Below the pieces are notes generated by a model. That model was not told the origin of the DNA, searched no databases, and saw only the letters and a list, made by a program, of their open reading frames with translations. A DNA stretch of 32,000 nt, taken from contig CAZYLT010000003.1 of the NCBI GenBank assembly GCA_964648855.1, positions 90,001 to 122,000 of the forward strand. Reading direction: 5' to 3'. A program made the translations under genes and the position numbers. The stretch is from an uncultured archaeon (lineage in GTDB: Archaea; Asgardarchaeota; Thorarchaeia; Thorarchaeales; Thorarchaeaceae). Below, in pieces: positions 1-9,817 of the stretch (the stretch's first letter is position 1; every line of letters begins with the position of its first letter).

Positions 1-162
1 TTCTGAAAATTGTTCAATCTCTGATTGAATATAGTCTAACGCCAGGCCCAGCTCATCAGTTCCCTGTATTCTGTGATACTGAGAAATCCCTGTGGCATAG
101 TATTTGGCTTTGATTCCTGACACTGTCCGATGAACTGATTCTACAAAGTCCTCTGGAAGCAC
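1..162 (-). CDS. 5' part of a DUF4910/M28-like aminopeptidase-family protein (runs off the left edge; not in the ORF track)
   Basis: Manual translation from GTG at 162, preceded by GAGG: VLPEDFVESVHRTVSGIKAKYYATGISQYHRIQGTDELGLALDYIQSEIEQFSE, open to the edge. ISQYHRIQG resembles the N-terminal motif of archaeal DUF4910 proteins. TATA-like TTTATATA lies on the minus strand at about 234-241. Confidence 0.65.
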   Translation of the reverse strand, partial: MLPEDFVESVHRTVSGIKAKYYATGISQYHRIQGTDELGLALDYIQSEIEQFSE

Positions 163-238
163 ATTCTTTTCCTCAGTCCTGATTGAATCCTTACTGGCAT
201 AAGTAAGCTACGGCTGGCACTAAGCAATCATACTATAT

Positions 239-288
239 AAAAAACGAGCAAAAAATGAAAGATGTGGCGCAGAATGAAAATCTACGCC
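239..288 (-). terminator. Putative hairpin plus U-tract terminator after ferritin
   Basis: The minus strand reads GGCGTAGA-TTTTCAT-TCTGCGCC (288-266), an 8-bp stem with one G:U pair that forms only on this strand. It is followed by two T-tracts (255-250, 244-239). Confidence 0.6.
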
Positions 289-316
289 TTGTTATCTAGT
301 TTCTTAGAAGACTGGA

Positions 317-814
317 TTACCTGTCTTCTCGTTGTCGAAGTCGCGAATCCAACATGAATAGTGCATTAGTGGAATCACCAATCTTCTTCAGGAGGTCTCT
401 GACTGCCATAGTCTGCTCTTCCTCCTCGACCTGCTCATCATAGAACCAGTTGAGCATCGGAATTGCGGACTTGTCGTTCTCGCCCTCCGCAAGTTCACCA
501 ATCTTGAAAATGCGTTCAGTCACAATCTTTTCGTGATTATAGGCATCTTCCCAAGCCTCCAATGGTGAATCCCATTCGGTCTTGGGAGCTTTTATTGCCT
601 TCATGACGGCACGTCCACCACGATTGACGATGTGAGCCCAGAACCTCAATGCGTGCTCATACTCCTCTTTGGCTTGGATTTTCATCCAGTGCGCCATTCC
701 GTCGAGATTTTGTTCCTCAAACCATGATGCCATAGAGAGGTAGATATACCCACTATAGAGCTCGAAGTTGAGCTGGTCGTTAATCGCTTCAGCTAATTCT
801 TTACTTATCTCCAA
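317..814 (-). CDS. ftnA: Non-heme ferritin
   Basis: 165 aa; LNDQLNFELYSGYIY-like helix A, EEYEH, HEKIVT and EQVEEE ferroxidase ligands; TTG start with an upstream GGTGA SD. Confidence 0.95.
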   Translation of the reverse strand: MEISKELAEAINDQLNFELYSGYIYLSMASWFEEQNLDGMAHWMKIQAKEEYEHALRFWAHIVNRGGRAVMKAIKAPKTEWDSPLEAWEDAYNHEKIVTERIFKIGELAEGENDKSAIPMLNWFYDEQVEEEEQTMAVRDLLKKIGDSTNALFMLDSRLRQREDR

Positions 815-849
815 TTTTATTTCACCTTGTTAAGTTAGTGAAGAACCTA

Positions 850-916
850 CACTTATCTATAGTAAAGTGCATTGCAATTATAGCTTCCGATATGACCTTT
901 ATACAGAAACTGTATA
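850..916. promoter_or_regulatory. Divergent promoter region with candidate operators
   Basis: Imperfect palindrome CACTT-AT-CTATAG-TA-AAGTG (850-869), palindrome ATTGCAAT (871-878), minus-strand GGAAGCTATAATT BRE/TATA-like element (about 876-888) and a perfect inverted repeat TATACAG-AAA-CTGTATA (900-916). Confidence 0.5.
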
Positions 917-1000
917 GTAACTCCTTTTGGTCCACCCAACGAACCTTTTTTACTTAGAACACGATTCTGTTTCTTTCAGAAAGAGAAGGAGCTCTACAAT

Positions 1001-3664
1001 ATGGCTGATTTGACCCTTTTTACAATTCTCCTCGAATTTGTTCCAGCAATTGCAATCGCGGCTGTTTATCTGGCTCTATTTGGCAAGCGAAGAAACAGAT
1101 TCATAGAAGCCTTCATAATCCTGATGTTCATAAAGAGCATCACGTTTTTCCTCTACGCACTAACTCTATATCCGATAGGTCTGCCTATGACTTTCGATCC
1201 CGCTGTCGATGGTTCTACATTTCTGGACCTACTTTGGACCGATTTCTTATTTCACGTTTCCTTTGCAGTTCAAGACTACTTCACATGGATCATGTTGTCT
1301 TTCGTTGCGGTTCTTTTCGGTCAGTTGGTTCTGGGATTAAAGCTTGCATTACAAGATCCGCTCAAAATGAAGTTCAAGAATCTGATAAAAAGCATTGTCG
1401 GACGCGAACCAGAAACGGATGGATTCTCAGGATTTCGGGACCGTGTAGACAATGTTCGATTTGAACGGATTGAGTTACAGCCATTGGACCCTAAAGTCGT
1501 TGACAAAGCATGGCGCGAATCATGGAAGGATTACCTAGTAATTGGCTTGGCAACATTGCTCCCCTCTATCGATGTGTATACCGCCAGTTATCCAAATCCA
1601 TACTTCTATGCCGTAGTGGTGTTCGTGACTTGGATTTACAGATTTGCTTATCCTGCATCAAATCGTATTGCTAAAGGTGCAGGGCTCAAACTTGGTGACA
1701 GGGATATCGGTGGTGAGATGATGAGGGGTGTTCTTGGTTGGTTCTTTCGATTGAATATTCTTTTGTCGTTGGGAACAATAGCAATCCGCGTCATAAGTGC
1801 TATCTCTGCGGGGAATCTTGGCGGGTTATTTAGCTTCTATCTCAGTGGGTTAGCGCTTGCTTTTCCACCAATCATCTTTGCTATTTTGCTATTGCCAGTA
1901 TCAGAAGATTTCGCAATTCTGCTCTACAGCAAAGTATTCCATGGATTAGCGAACCTCAGGAGAAATCTCGGCTCAATAAACTCGGTTGGGCTGCTCAAGA
2001 CTCTTGGTGCCGCTGTATTGACTGCTGGTATCGTACTAGCTGCCTATATGGGAGGTATATTTGCAGTCACAATAAACTTCGCCGTTTCTCATGGACTTGG
2101 GTTGGTAATATTCCCTGGAGCCGTTGATAGCGTTGTAGCCCATATTATGATGAATGCGGTCAATAATATGATGTTGGTATCTCCGACGCTTTGGACTTTG
2201 ATGATTCTAATCATTCCTCTCAGCATGATAATATTTCTCGGAGTCCTAGGGCATTATGTTCAGAAGCGGACTGAAGGTAGCACAGAATGGTTTGCAGCAA
2301 TATCTGGATTCATTGTTTCAGCAGTAATTTGGTGGCGGCTGCCAGGCATGGATTATACCCTTGGAGCGGCTGCAACTCCAGCTGAACTTGGTGGGGCAGT
2401 TTGGTATCGGCTTCGTCCAATTGTGATCCCTCCCATGGATACTGACATTATAATTCGTCTAGCTTACCAATTTGTCTTTGCCCTGCCACTATTCATATCT
2501 GCAACTCTGTTTGTAATGTATTATCTCAAGTTCAGAGAATCGTATAGAGAAGAAGTAGGCGAGCTAGCTACTCCGCTACTTAATGTTCATTATGAGGATA
2601 TTCGTGACGCTATCGTCATGTTTGTTGCTGGCATTCTTGGATCAATTGTGGGAGTGCTTCTCCTATCAGCGTTTATTCATCCGGGCGAATTGCACTACCT
2701 CATTTTCAGTCTTATCAGCGAAATCGGGAATCCCGATGGGCTTGAACTCGTCTTAGCAGAGAGTGTTAGCCTATTTGTGATTGTGGCGGAACACAACATT
2801 ATCCGAACATTACTAATGTTGATTATTGGACCACTTTTCTGGACCGCCGTGCTTTGGCTTGTGGCAGCAAAAGAGAAGACAAAGAAACAGAAATACTCCA
2901 GCTACCTTGCTCTTCTTCTACTCATCATGGCGGGGATTGCCTCTTATCTTTGGACAATATTGGATATTACAAACGGGTTAATCACTCCTGCAATTAATTG
3001 GTTTGATCCAAATTGGCCTTGGACTTTTGCAGCGCATGTGGGATACAGAGCAGCCATCCTATACGGCATCATCTTTGTTCTCTATGGGTTGGTTTTTGTT
3101 GCCAATTATTTCGCTAAGGGCAATCTAGGTGGTTGGTGGTTTCCTCCGCTCGTATCATTATTTGCTTTAGAATACTTCATCTATGACGACCAGTTCACCT
3201 ACATCGCTCTGATTATTCTGCCCATGATTCTCGTAGCCTTCTACAAGATAATCTATGGCGGACGTCCTGAAGTCAAACAAGAAGACCCTCTGATCACATA
3301 TATCAGATTTAGTCTGATGGCATTAGCCATTTCAGAGGTATTGTCTACAGCACTCTGGGTAGCAGGAATTGGTACTATCGAAGTTATAATGGGACAGAAT
3401 CTTCTGTCCTACTTGATCAGTATTTTACCCCACGGTGTGGTAGAAATCCCGGCTTTCCTGTTTGCAGCTGCTGCATCAATTAGAATTGCTAGAGACCTCG
3501 CGCCTACTATTGTTGAGGAAAACTGGTCAGAGCTACCCGGTAAGACCAAAGATTTGCTATTCGATGGCCGGACTTGGAGAACCTATATTCTGGTAATCTT
3601 CTTCCTGCTAATAGCTGCTTTGATAGAAGAAAATGTGACTCAGCTCATAATGATCTTCTTCTAG
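1001..3664 (+). CDS. Large polytopic membrane protein with C-terminal SpoIIM-like (stage II sporulation protein M/DUF95) domain
   Basis: 887 aa with roughly 20 hydrophobic segments; SpoIIM-family motifs ILPHGVVEIPA and LLIAALIEENVT at the C-terminus; AGGAG SD. Confidence 0.8.
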   Translation: MADLTLFTILLEFVPAIAIAAVYLALFGKRRNRFIEAFIILMFIKSITFFLYALTLYPIGLPMTFDPAVDGSTFLDLLWTDFLFHVSFAVQDYFTWIMLSFVAVLFGQLVLGLKLALQDPLKMKFKNLIKSIVGREPETDGFSGFRDRVDNVRFERIELQPLDPKVVDKAWRESWKDYLVIGLATLLPSIDVYTASYPNPYFYAVVVFVTWIYRFAYPASNRIAKGAGLKLGDRDIGGEMMRGVLGWFFRLNILLSLGTIAIRVISAISAGNLGGLFSFYLSGLALAFPPIIFAILLLPVSEDFAILLYSKVFHGLANLRRNLGSINSVGLLKTLGAAVLTAGIVLAAYMGGIFAVTINFAVSHGLGLVIFPGAVDSVVAHIMMNAVNNMMLVSPTLWTLMILIIPLSMIIFLGVLGHYVQKRTEGSTEWFAAISGFIVSAVIWWRLPGMDYTLGAAATPAELGGAVWYRLRPIVIPPMDTDIIIRLAYQFVFALPLFISATLFVMYYLKFRESYREEVGELATPLLNVHYEDIRDAIVMFVAGILGSIVGVLLLSAFIHPGELHYLIFSLISEIGNPDGLELVLAESVSLFVIVAEHNIIRTLLMLIIGPLFWTAVLWLVAAKEKTKKQKYSSYLALLLLIMAGIASYLWTILDITNGLITPAINWFDPNWPWTFAAHVGYRAAILYGIIFVLYGLVFVANYFAKGNLGGWWFPPLVSLFALEYFIYDDQFTYIALIILPMILVAFYKIIYGGRPEVKQEDPLITYIRFSLMALAISEVLSTALWVAGIGTIEVIMGQNLLSYLISILPHGVVEIPAFLFAAAASIRIARDLAPTIVEENWSELPGKTKDLLFDGRTWRTYILVIFFLLIAALIEENVTQLIMIFF

Positions 3665-3676
3665 TTTCCTGACTCT

Positions 3677-3715
3677 ATGCCAATGGTTTTTTGCATTGGC
3701 ATTTCGTTCTTTTTT
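3677..3715 (+). terminator. Putative hairpin plus U-tract terminator
   Basis: ATGCCAATG (3677-3685) and CATTGGCAT (3694-3702) form a perfect 9-bp stem, followed by TTCGTTCTTTTTT, just after the stop codon. Confidence 0.65.
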
Positions 3716-3845
3716 CCTGTTCTCAGGGTATAATATGAAGAAAGCAACAATGTAATTTTGATTAAATTGTTGTCAGTATATCAGACATTACCTTATATTT
3801 AGAAACTAATGAGTTTTCATACAAGTATAATTAAGCGCGCCTAAC

Positions 3846-3859
3846 GTAAACTTGTTTAC
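3846..3859. promoter_or_regulatory. Candidate transcription-factor site upstream of the giant surface protein
   Basis: Perfect inverted repeat GTAAAC-TT-GTTTAC in an AT-rich 263-bp intergenic region. Confidence 0.35.
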
Positions 3860-3927
3860 ATGCCACTTGTATCTTCATAGCAGGATATAGTGATATTAAA
3901 CAAAAATTAGACGCGTAAGGAGACTTA

Positions 3928-6900
3928 ATGATGCAACTGAGAGAACACAAACGTTCATTCTTCTCTGTAGTTGCTATTGCACTTTTCTTCATTTCTATGG
4001 TTTCTGCAGGCTCAAGCTTCACCCCCTATACTCGATCAGAAGCGCCTCTGCAAGAATCAATCACTCATCAGGCAACATGGCCTGATTCAAGTTTTACAGA
4101 CGCACAGACCGAATCTGGGACAAACGTCTGGTGGAAAGAAAGCTCCAATAGCACTAGTGAAGAATGGACTTGGGAACACCGCAATTGGCTATTCGGACCA
4201 GAACCTACTTTTGAGATATATCACGAGAATGGCTCACTGATTGACAAGGATGGATACGCCGAAATCGGAGAAGATTTGAAGATTGTAACTACTGTCCCGA
4301 AAAGCATCTTTACAGAAGGTGCAGAATTGGGTTCGGTTGAATTTCGAGGCTGGTTCTTGTCACCTGATTGGAACTATTCGGCAAGTTTTACTCTTCGATT
4401 CACCCCTAGCGGCGATGAGTGGTCACCCATTTGGGAAGGCTACTCACATGAATACAATTCCACTGACGATAGTGGCTGGGACAGTGAACCTTTCATCGAT
4501 CTCAAGACTGAACAATGTACCAATACTTCTGATAGCCAGATGTATACTAGTACTTTCGTCGTCGAGTTTAACAATGATGCTCCCCTTGGACTATACCAAG
4601 TTGAGCTAAGCGTTATGGATACAGAATGGAACTGGATTGGGTCTTATGGCTACGCCAGTGGATGGGAATTCCAAGGGCTCGCTGTAGGTATGTCCCCAGC
4701 AGATGCTTGGTCATGGTCTCAGGGAGGTTCTTATACGCTCCATAAGCTGGACATGGAAGGCGACCCGCTATATTCAGTTAGTCGCGGCAATGACTTCAAG
4801 ATGCGTTTCAACGTGTCTGGGGAAGATCCAGAATATGTAATGCTCAAATTCCGGATTCCTGGGTGGATTGACACTCTTGTCAATGTCACTGGTTGGCATC
4901 AAGAACAGGTCACCGAAACTGGCGGTTGGGAGTATAATAAAACCCTCAATACCTATGTATGGAACCCCTCAATTGAAGTCACATACTTGGAGGACGTTTA
5001 TGGTCCTTACCAACAGCGGCAAAGTATCGAGACCGGTTCTTTCACTGAGATATCAGCATACCGTTTGGTTGAGGAATGGAATGATACAACTTCCACATGG
5101 GATCGATATGTAGTGAACGAAACGTTCTGGGTTGAGAAACAGTACCAGTTCGTTTACAATACAAGTACAACTTCATTCGAAACTTACTTCGGGTACACCT
5201 ATTGGGGCTATCCTTACGAGACCTATCAACCAGAGCTTCAAGAATGGAATGAAGAGATTATGGTCCTTGAACCCGTTCCTGAAGATATGCCTGTGTTCTA
5301 TGAACTCAACACATCATTGTGTGAGGCAGTTACTACTGAGCTTGGTCTCACGGTTGATTTCGTAGGTCACTTCACTGACAAGATGCCAAAAACTGGGCAG
5401 TACTCAAACTTCATGTTTGAAGACCGTGTAATGGGTCCTGAAGGATGGCAATACTATCCAGACGTCTGGGGGGATGGAGCCCGACAGACCTATACGGAAT
5501 ATGAGATTGCCAAGCAGATTGCAATCGAAACTCCCGTGACTCTTGCCAAGATCCTAAACGAAGACGGCACTTCACCATCTGGGTGGATGTTTGCAGTTGA
5601 GAAGGGCGAGAATTTCATGGTCCGAGGACGACTCCAGGGAGGCGGTGACATAGCCGCGGATATTGATGGAGTAAAATTCGCTCTAGAGGCTTATGACAGT
5701 ACTTGGAGCGAAGATGAATGGCGTTGGAGCCGATTGGTGTATCAAATCACCTATGATGAATTTGGTATTCCTACATTTGAGGCATTCAATCGAACAGAGA
5801 AACAGAATTACACCTATGGTACATACATGGACTGGGTGGAAGTTGAGATTGAGGGCTGGCATTATGTCTACAACTCAACAACAAACACGTGGGAGTGGCA
5901 TTATGGTAATTACACTGAATGGCAGTGGACCGAAGTAGAGGGCTACCACTGGCAGTGGTGGTACTACAACCAGAAGACTGGCAAATGGCAGACCAACTGG
6001 ATTAAGGAGAAGAGCGATGCCACAAAGGTGGCAGCTGATTTCTGCACCACATCCGATTACCAAAAATGGACTGATGGTGGCGACCTTTACATCTCATTCC
6101 TAGTTAACATGAGCCAGACTGTACCCGATACAAACTACTGGTGGAATTATGCCTTCCTTAACAACAGCTGGTACATTGACTATTCCAGTGAGTACGGTCT
6201 TCACGAGATTTATTCTTGGGACCGAGACTGGGTATATTCGTTTGAGTATAATAGCGAACGAGTATATATGGATCCATGGCAGCATGACCAGCTGGCATAC
6301 TACAATGACACCCTCTGTACCAATGAGGGGTCCGACTTCTTGTTAGCGGAAGAGAAACCCTACATTGAGATAGATAATGAGAAGCTTCCAGTCAAAGTGG
6401 TTGAGAACTTCGATCCTTGGTCCGGATCTACTTGGGAAAACATGTTCTTCTATGACCATTGGGACCCAGAAACAGGCAAGGATTACTACTACTACGAGCT
6501 TGCCAATGGAACCAAGATTGATGTGACATATACAGATGTTTTGTACCTCTACAATGTGACTCTTGGCACTGGCGAATCATTCCTGACTGGAAGAGAATGG
6601 GATGAGGGCTGGGATGTTGGTGGTACTTACTACTACACATGGATTGACACGAATGGTGTTGTCCATCAGGGTGTTGATTGGGAGGATTATGCTGCGAACA
6701 GTCCATATGTCACTGTTCAGTTATACGAGAAGATTGAACTCGATTTCAGAGAAGAGAAGTGGTACATCCGTTATGGAGTCGACGACATCAAGTTGCTCAA
6801 GGAGCATTGGAGATGGGACAGTCGTACAAGCAAGTACTATATGACAGATATTGACGGCAATCACTATTCTCTAGACTACAATAGCACAGATGGTTGGTAC

Positions 6901-9810
6901 TATACCACTATTGGTGGCACCTACCAGAGGATTTCTTGGCCGAGGCAATACTTCGAGGTGGAGTACGAAGGCTCCGACATCATGGTAACCACTTGGAATG
7001 TTTACCGAGCATGGTATCATGAGGATGATGGAATCAAACATGAGATGCCCTACAAGGGTGCTAATGCTGAGTGGGTTTGGGACTTGGAAAACACCGAGAG
7101 CTCTGGTGGGAAAGTTCCTACAACCAAGTCAGTTGTCTATGGTGGAAATAGCTATCCAGTATACAACATCAGCATGGATTACTTCACTGACATTGGTGGC
7201 ACTAGCTATCATCTCTTCGAAGCGATAGCCACATATTCCAGCGCGAATGGAACCCCTATATGGAATCCAGACGTGATTGGGTTCACCGCCAATGTGGGTA
7301 CTTTGGATAATACCTTAACATTTGACCTAGTTGAATCAATCCAGTATAACACAACTGACTCATATGGATATCCAGACGATTACAACGATGGCACGGGGAA
7401 TCAATACATCACCCTGTTCAATGAAACGGTCTGGAACGTCACCAACTCAGAGTTGGTTGTTGTGCACGAATATGATATGTCGGGAAGCGCTCTGTATTCC
7501 TTGATGGAATGGCCGTACTACTTTGAAGAGGGTAACAAGTCTCTCTATTACTATGAGGCATTGAATGGTACTTGGTACAACTTTACTGAGTATACTAAAC
7601 TGCCCATGGTCGCTTCATACAAAGCTGAAGCATACTATAACGACACTCACTGGGTAATCGACTTCATGGGTACAGAATATATTGACCCTGGCATGGGCAT
7701 GCGGATCTACACTTGGCGCGTGATGAACGCAACCTATCCCACTGACCTTTACCTAGAGCCATACAGCAATGCCATGAGGATATACAATTTCACCTACCAA
7801 TCACAAGAAGTCATGGCAACGGCTCATAGAGAGAATATCTATAGACAGCGACAGCGATGGGGTCATGAACTGAAATATGGACCAAACCCCATTATGAGTA
7901 CTGTCTACAAGAATATCTATGACTTAGTGATAGGAGTCCCCGAGTGGGGAATGTGGGGTGTTAAGAGCTGGACGGTTGATGATGAGACGGGTGCTCTAGA
8001 CCTTGATGGTGACACTGACACCACAGACGACCAATACTATGTGCTCGAGTTATACGAGTCAAAGGAGAACTTCACTCATCAGTGGGAACGGCTTGATGTC
8101 AATATCAACTGGGACCCGAATGTTACACAGTACGGTGACGAGATGAACATTCACTCCTGGATGGGACTGGATACATTCACTTGGAGCTATGAGTGGAATC
8201 AGACCTTCTACTGGTATCATGCCGACGACATGACACAGCTTGGTACAGCCGAGATGGATGATGTAAAGGCGACTATTTTGACTGAGGAGGGCGACCCGCG
8301 CCCCGGCTACTGGGACGTTTCCTGGATGGCACAGAATGTAACCTGGCAAGATATCATCGCTGAGGCTGAGGCTAATGGATGGGATTGGGTTACTTCGAAT
8401 GAACAGTCCTGGACCTGGCTGAGCTTTGGTATCAACCAACACTATGGTACATCCTACGTTGATGGAGAAGTTGATCACTGGCTCCAAGTTGGTTTGCACT
8501 ACGAATACAGTGGTCTTATGATCTGGGAAGATGAGAACAAGAATGACGTTATGGACGTCGATCTCACGAACCCAGGAAGTGGTGAGCTATCTCACTACTT
8601 GATACCGGACTCTGTTGGCAGTGTATCATTTGTCAAACCTGGTGAAGCCTATGGTAACTTCAATCTATCAGACACGATGCATTTGGGTCTGGAAGATGAG
8701 GTCACTTGGGGTGTGACATTCACAGAAGTCAATGGAACGGTCTTCCCATTCACCCTCCATGGTTATTGGGGTTGGTATAGTGGATCTAAGCAAACATCTG
8801 ATCTTCGGACCTTCGACGAACGTCCCACGAAGATTACGATCGACGAGCTCTCGTTCCTTGTTCACTTCCAAGGCTACATCAATGAAACAGCTGGTGCAAT
8901 GAATAACTATGCCGAGATAAAGGTCGACAACTACGTTGGTGATTGGGACGTCCATCGAATTGGTGGTCGTGACAACCTTGAGAACAGATCATTAGCTCTC
9001 AACTATTTCGCCGACATTAGAATGTCTGACTTTGCATTCAAAGCCAATGGCTCCTTTGCGGACAGTGAGACCACCGTTAGCTCGGAGCGATTCGAGCTCG
9101 AAACTGCGGGTGCCAAATTCGCAGAGATGATCATGGGAGGCGTTACCTACGACTGGTCCAAGAATACCACCGCCCCCTATGATGTATTGAGCTATACCAC
9201 ACCTGTGGGGACATTCAGACAGGCTTACGAGTCTGACTCGGGCAAGTCTGCCACCGCATGGACCTTTACCAATAGCATGTACTACGTAACGATTGGGTTC
9301 CCAGAGTGGGAGGGCTACAGTGTCCTCCAAGACCCTGTCTTTGTTAGCTACACATCGAATACGGGTACCGATATGGGTCCAGGACAGGTGCAATTTGGTG
9401 CTTTCAGTATCAGCCCAGTTGTTCCATCTGCATCAGATGCAGTGACTGTCAGCGTTGACATATTCACCGCTGATGAGATCTATGGAGCCGAATTGGTGTA
9501 TACGACGGATCAAGAGAATTGGGAAACCACTTCAATGTGGAACTCCGGAGGCTCGACCTGGACTGGAGAAATCCCAGCCTTTCCAGATGGCACGCAAATC
9601 TGGTACAAGGTTGTTGTCCACACCGAATCCGGATCATATGAGTCCACTGTGAACTCATATATTGTGGGTCAAGGAGTGGTGACAACGGGACCAACATCAC
9701 CGACAGGTGGCATTTTTGAGGGATTACCCACTGAAATCCTCGTGCTTGTTGGTGGGTCTATTGCAGTCATTGCGATAGTGGCTCTACTTGTGATGCGTAG
9801 ACGTCGATAG
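3928..9810 (+). CDS. Giant secreted, membrane-anchored surface glycoprotein (S-layer/adhesin-like, function unknown)
   Basis: 1960 aa; N-terminal signal peptide (basic residues then a hydrophobic stretch); acidic and very rich in W/Y/T; dozens of N-x-S/T sequons; C-terminal Ig-like domain, T/P linker, TM helix and RRRR; AGGAG SD. Confidence 0.85.
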   Translation: MMQLREHKRSFFSVVAIALFFISMVSAGSSFTPYTRSEAPLQESITHQATWPDSSFTDAQTESGTNVWWKESSNSTSEEWTWEHRNWLFGPEPTFEIYHENGSLIDKDGYAEIGEDLKIVTTVPKSIFTEGAELGSVEFRGWFLSPDWNYSASFTLRFTPSGDEWSPIWEGYSHEYNSTDDSGWDSEPFIDLKTEQCTNTSDSQMYTSTFVVEFNNDAPLGLYQVELSVMDTEWNWIGSYGYASGWEFQGLAVGMSPADAWSWSQGGSYTLHKLDMEGDPLYSVSRGNDFKMRFNVSGEDPEYVMLKFRIPGWIDTLVNVTGWHQEQVTETGGWEYNKTLNTYVWNPSIEVTYLEDVYGPYQQRQSIETGSFTEISAYRLVEEWNDTTSTWDRYVVNETFWVEKQYQFVYNTSTTSFETYFGYTYWGYPYETYQPELQEWNEEIMVLEPVPEDMPVFYELNTSLCEAVTTELGLTVDFVGHFTDKMPKTGQYSNFMFEDRVMGPEGWQYYPDVWGDGARQTYTEYEIAKQIAIETPVTLAKILNEDGTSPSGWMFAVEKGENFMVRGRLQGGGDIAADIDGVKFALEAYDSTWSEDEWRWSRLVYQITYDEFGIPTFEAFNRTEKQNYTYGTYMDWVEVEIEGWHYVYNSTTNTWEWHYGNYTEWQWTEVEGYHWQWWYYNQKTGKWQTNWIKEKSDATKVAADFCTTSDYQKWTDGGDLYISFLVNMSQTVPDTNYWWNYAFLNNSWYIDYSSEYGLHEIYSWDRDWVYSFEYNSERVYMDPWQHDQLAYYNDTLCTNEGSDFLLAEEKPYIEIDNEKLPVKVVENFDPWSGSTWENMFFYDHWDPETGKDYYYYELANGTKIDVTYTDVLYLYNVTLGTGESFLTGREWDEGWDVGGTYYYTWIDTNGVVHQGVDWEDYAANSPYVTVQLYEKIELDFREEKWYIRYGVDDIKLLKEHWRWDSRTSKYYMTDIDGNHYSLDYNSTDGWYYTTIGGTYQRISWPRQYFEVEYEGSDIMVTTWNVYRAWYHEDDGIKHEMPYKGANAEWVWDLENTESSGGKVPTTKSVVYGGNSYPVYNISMDYFTDIGGTSYHLFEAIATYSSANGTPIWNPDVIGFTANVGTLDNTLTFDLVESIQYNTTDSYGYPDDYNDGTGNQYITLFNETVWNVTNSELVVVHEYDMSGSALYSLMEWPYYFEEGNKSLYYYEALNGTWYNFTEYTKLPMVASYKAEAYYNDTHWVIDFMGTEYIDPGMGMRIYTWRVMNATYPTDLYLEPYSNAMRIYNFTYQSQEVMATAHRENIYRQRQRWGHELKYGPNPIMSTVYKNIYDLVIGVPEWGMWGVKSWTVDDETGALDLDGDTDTTDDQYYVLELYESKENFTHQWERLDVNINWDPNVTQYGDEMNIHSWMGLDTFTWSYEWNQTFYWYHADDMTQLGTAEMDDVKATILTEEGDPRPGYWDVSWMAQNVTWQDIIAEAEANGWDWVTSNEQSWTWLSFGINQHYGTSYVDGEVDHWLQVGLHYEYSGLMIWEDENKNDVMDVDLTNPGSGELSHYLIPDSVGSVSFVKPGEAYGNFNLSDTMHLGLEDEVTWGVTFTEVNGTVFPFTLHGYWGWYSGSKQTSDLRTFDERPTKITIDELSFLVHFQGYINETAGAMNNYAEIKVDNYVGDWDVHRIGGRDNLENRSLALNYFADIRMSDFAFKANGSFADSETTVSSERFELETAGAKFAEMIMGGVTYDWSKNTTAPYDVLSYTTPVGTFRQAYESDSGKSATAWTFTNSMYYVTIGFPEWEGYSVLQDPVFVSYTSNTGTDMGPGQVQFGAFSISPVVPSASDAVTVSVDIFTADEIYGAELVYTTDQENWETTSMWNSGGSTWTGEIPAFPDGTQIWYKVVVHTESGSYESTVNSYIVGQGVVTTGPTSPTGGIFEGLPTEILVLVGGSIAVIAIVALLVMRRRR

Positions 9811-9817
9811 AAGAATA

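Noticed and set aside
831-849. DtxR/IdeR-like box TAAGTT-AGTGAAG-AACCTA upstream of ferritin
   Set aside because: The half-sites resemble the consensus, but the spacer is 7 bp rather than 5 and one position mismatches; too weak to call.
1001-3664. Sporulation or engulfment function from the SpoIIM-like domain
   Set aside because: There are no SpoIID/SpoIIP or peptidoglycan genes, and the domain is widespread in non-sporulating prokaryotes.
8059-9393. Long antisense ORFs (146, 95 and 133 aa) inside the giant gene
   Set aside because: They are fully overlapped by a convincing CDS and have no motifs; they are explained as antisense shadows of its codon bias.
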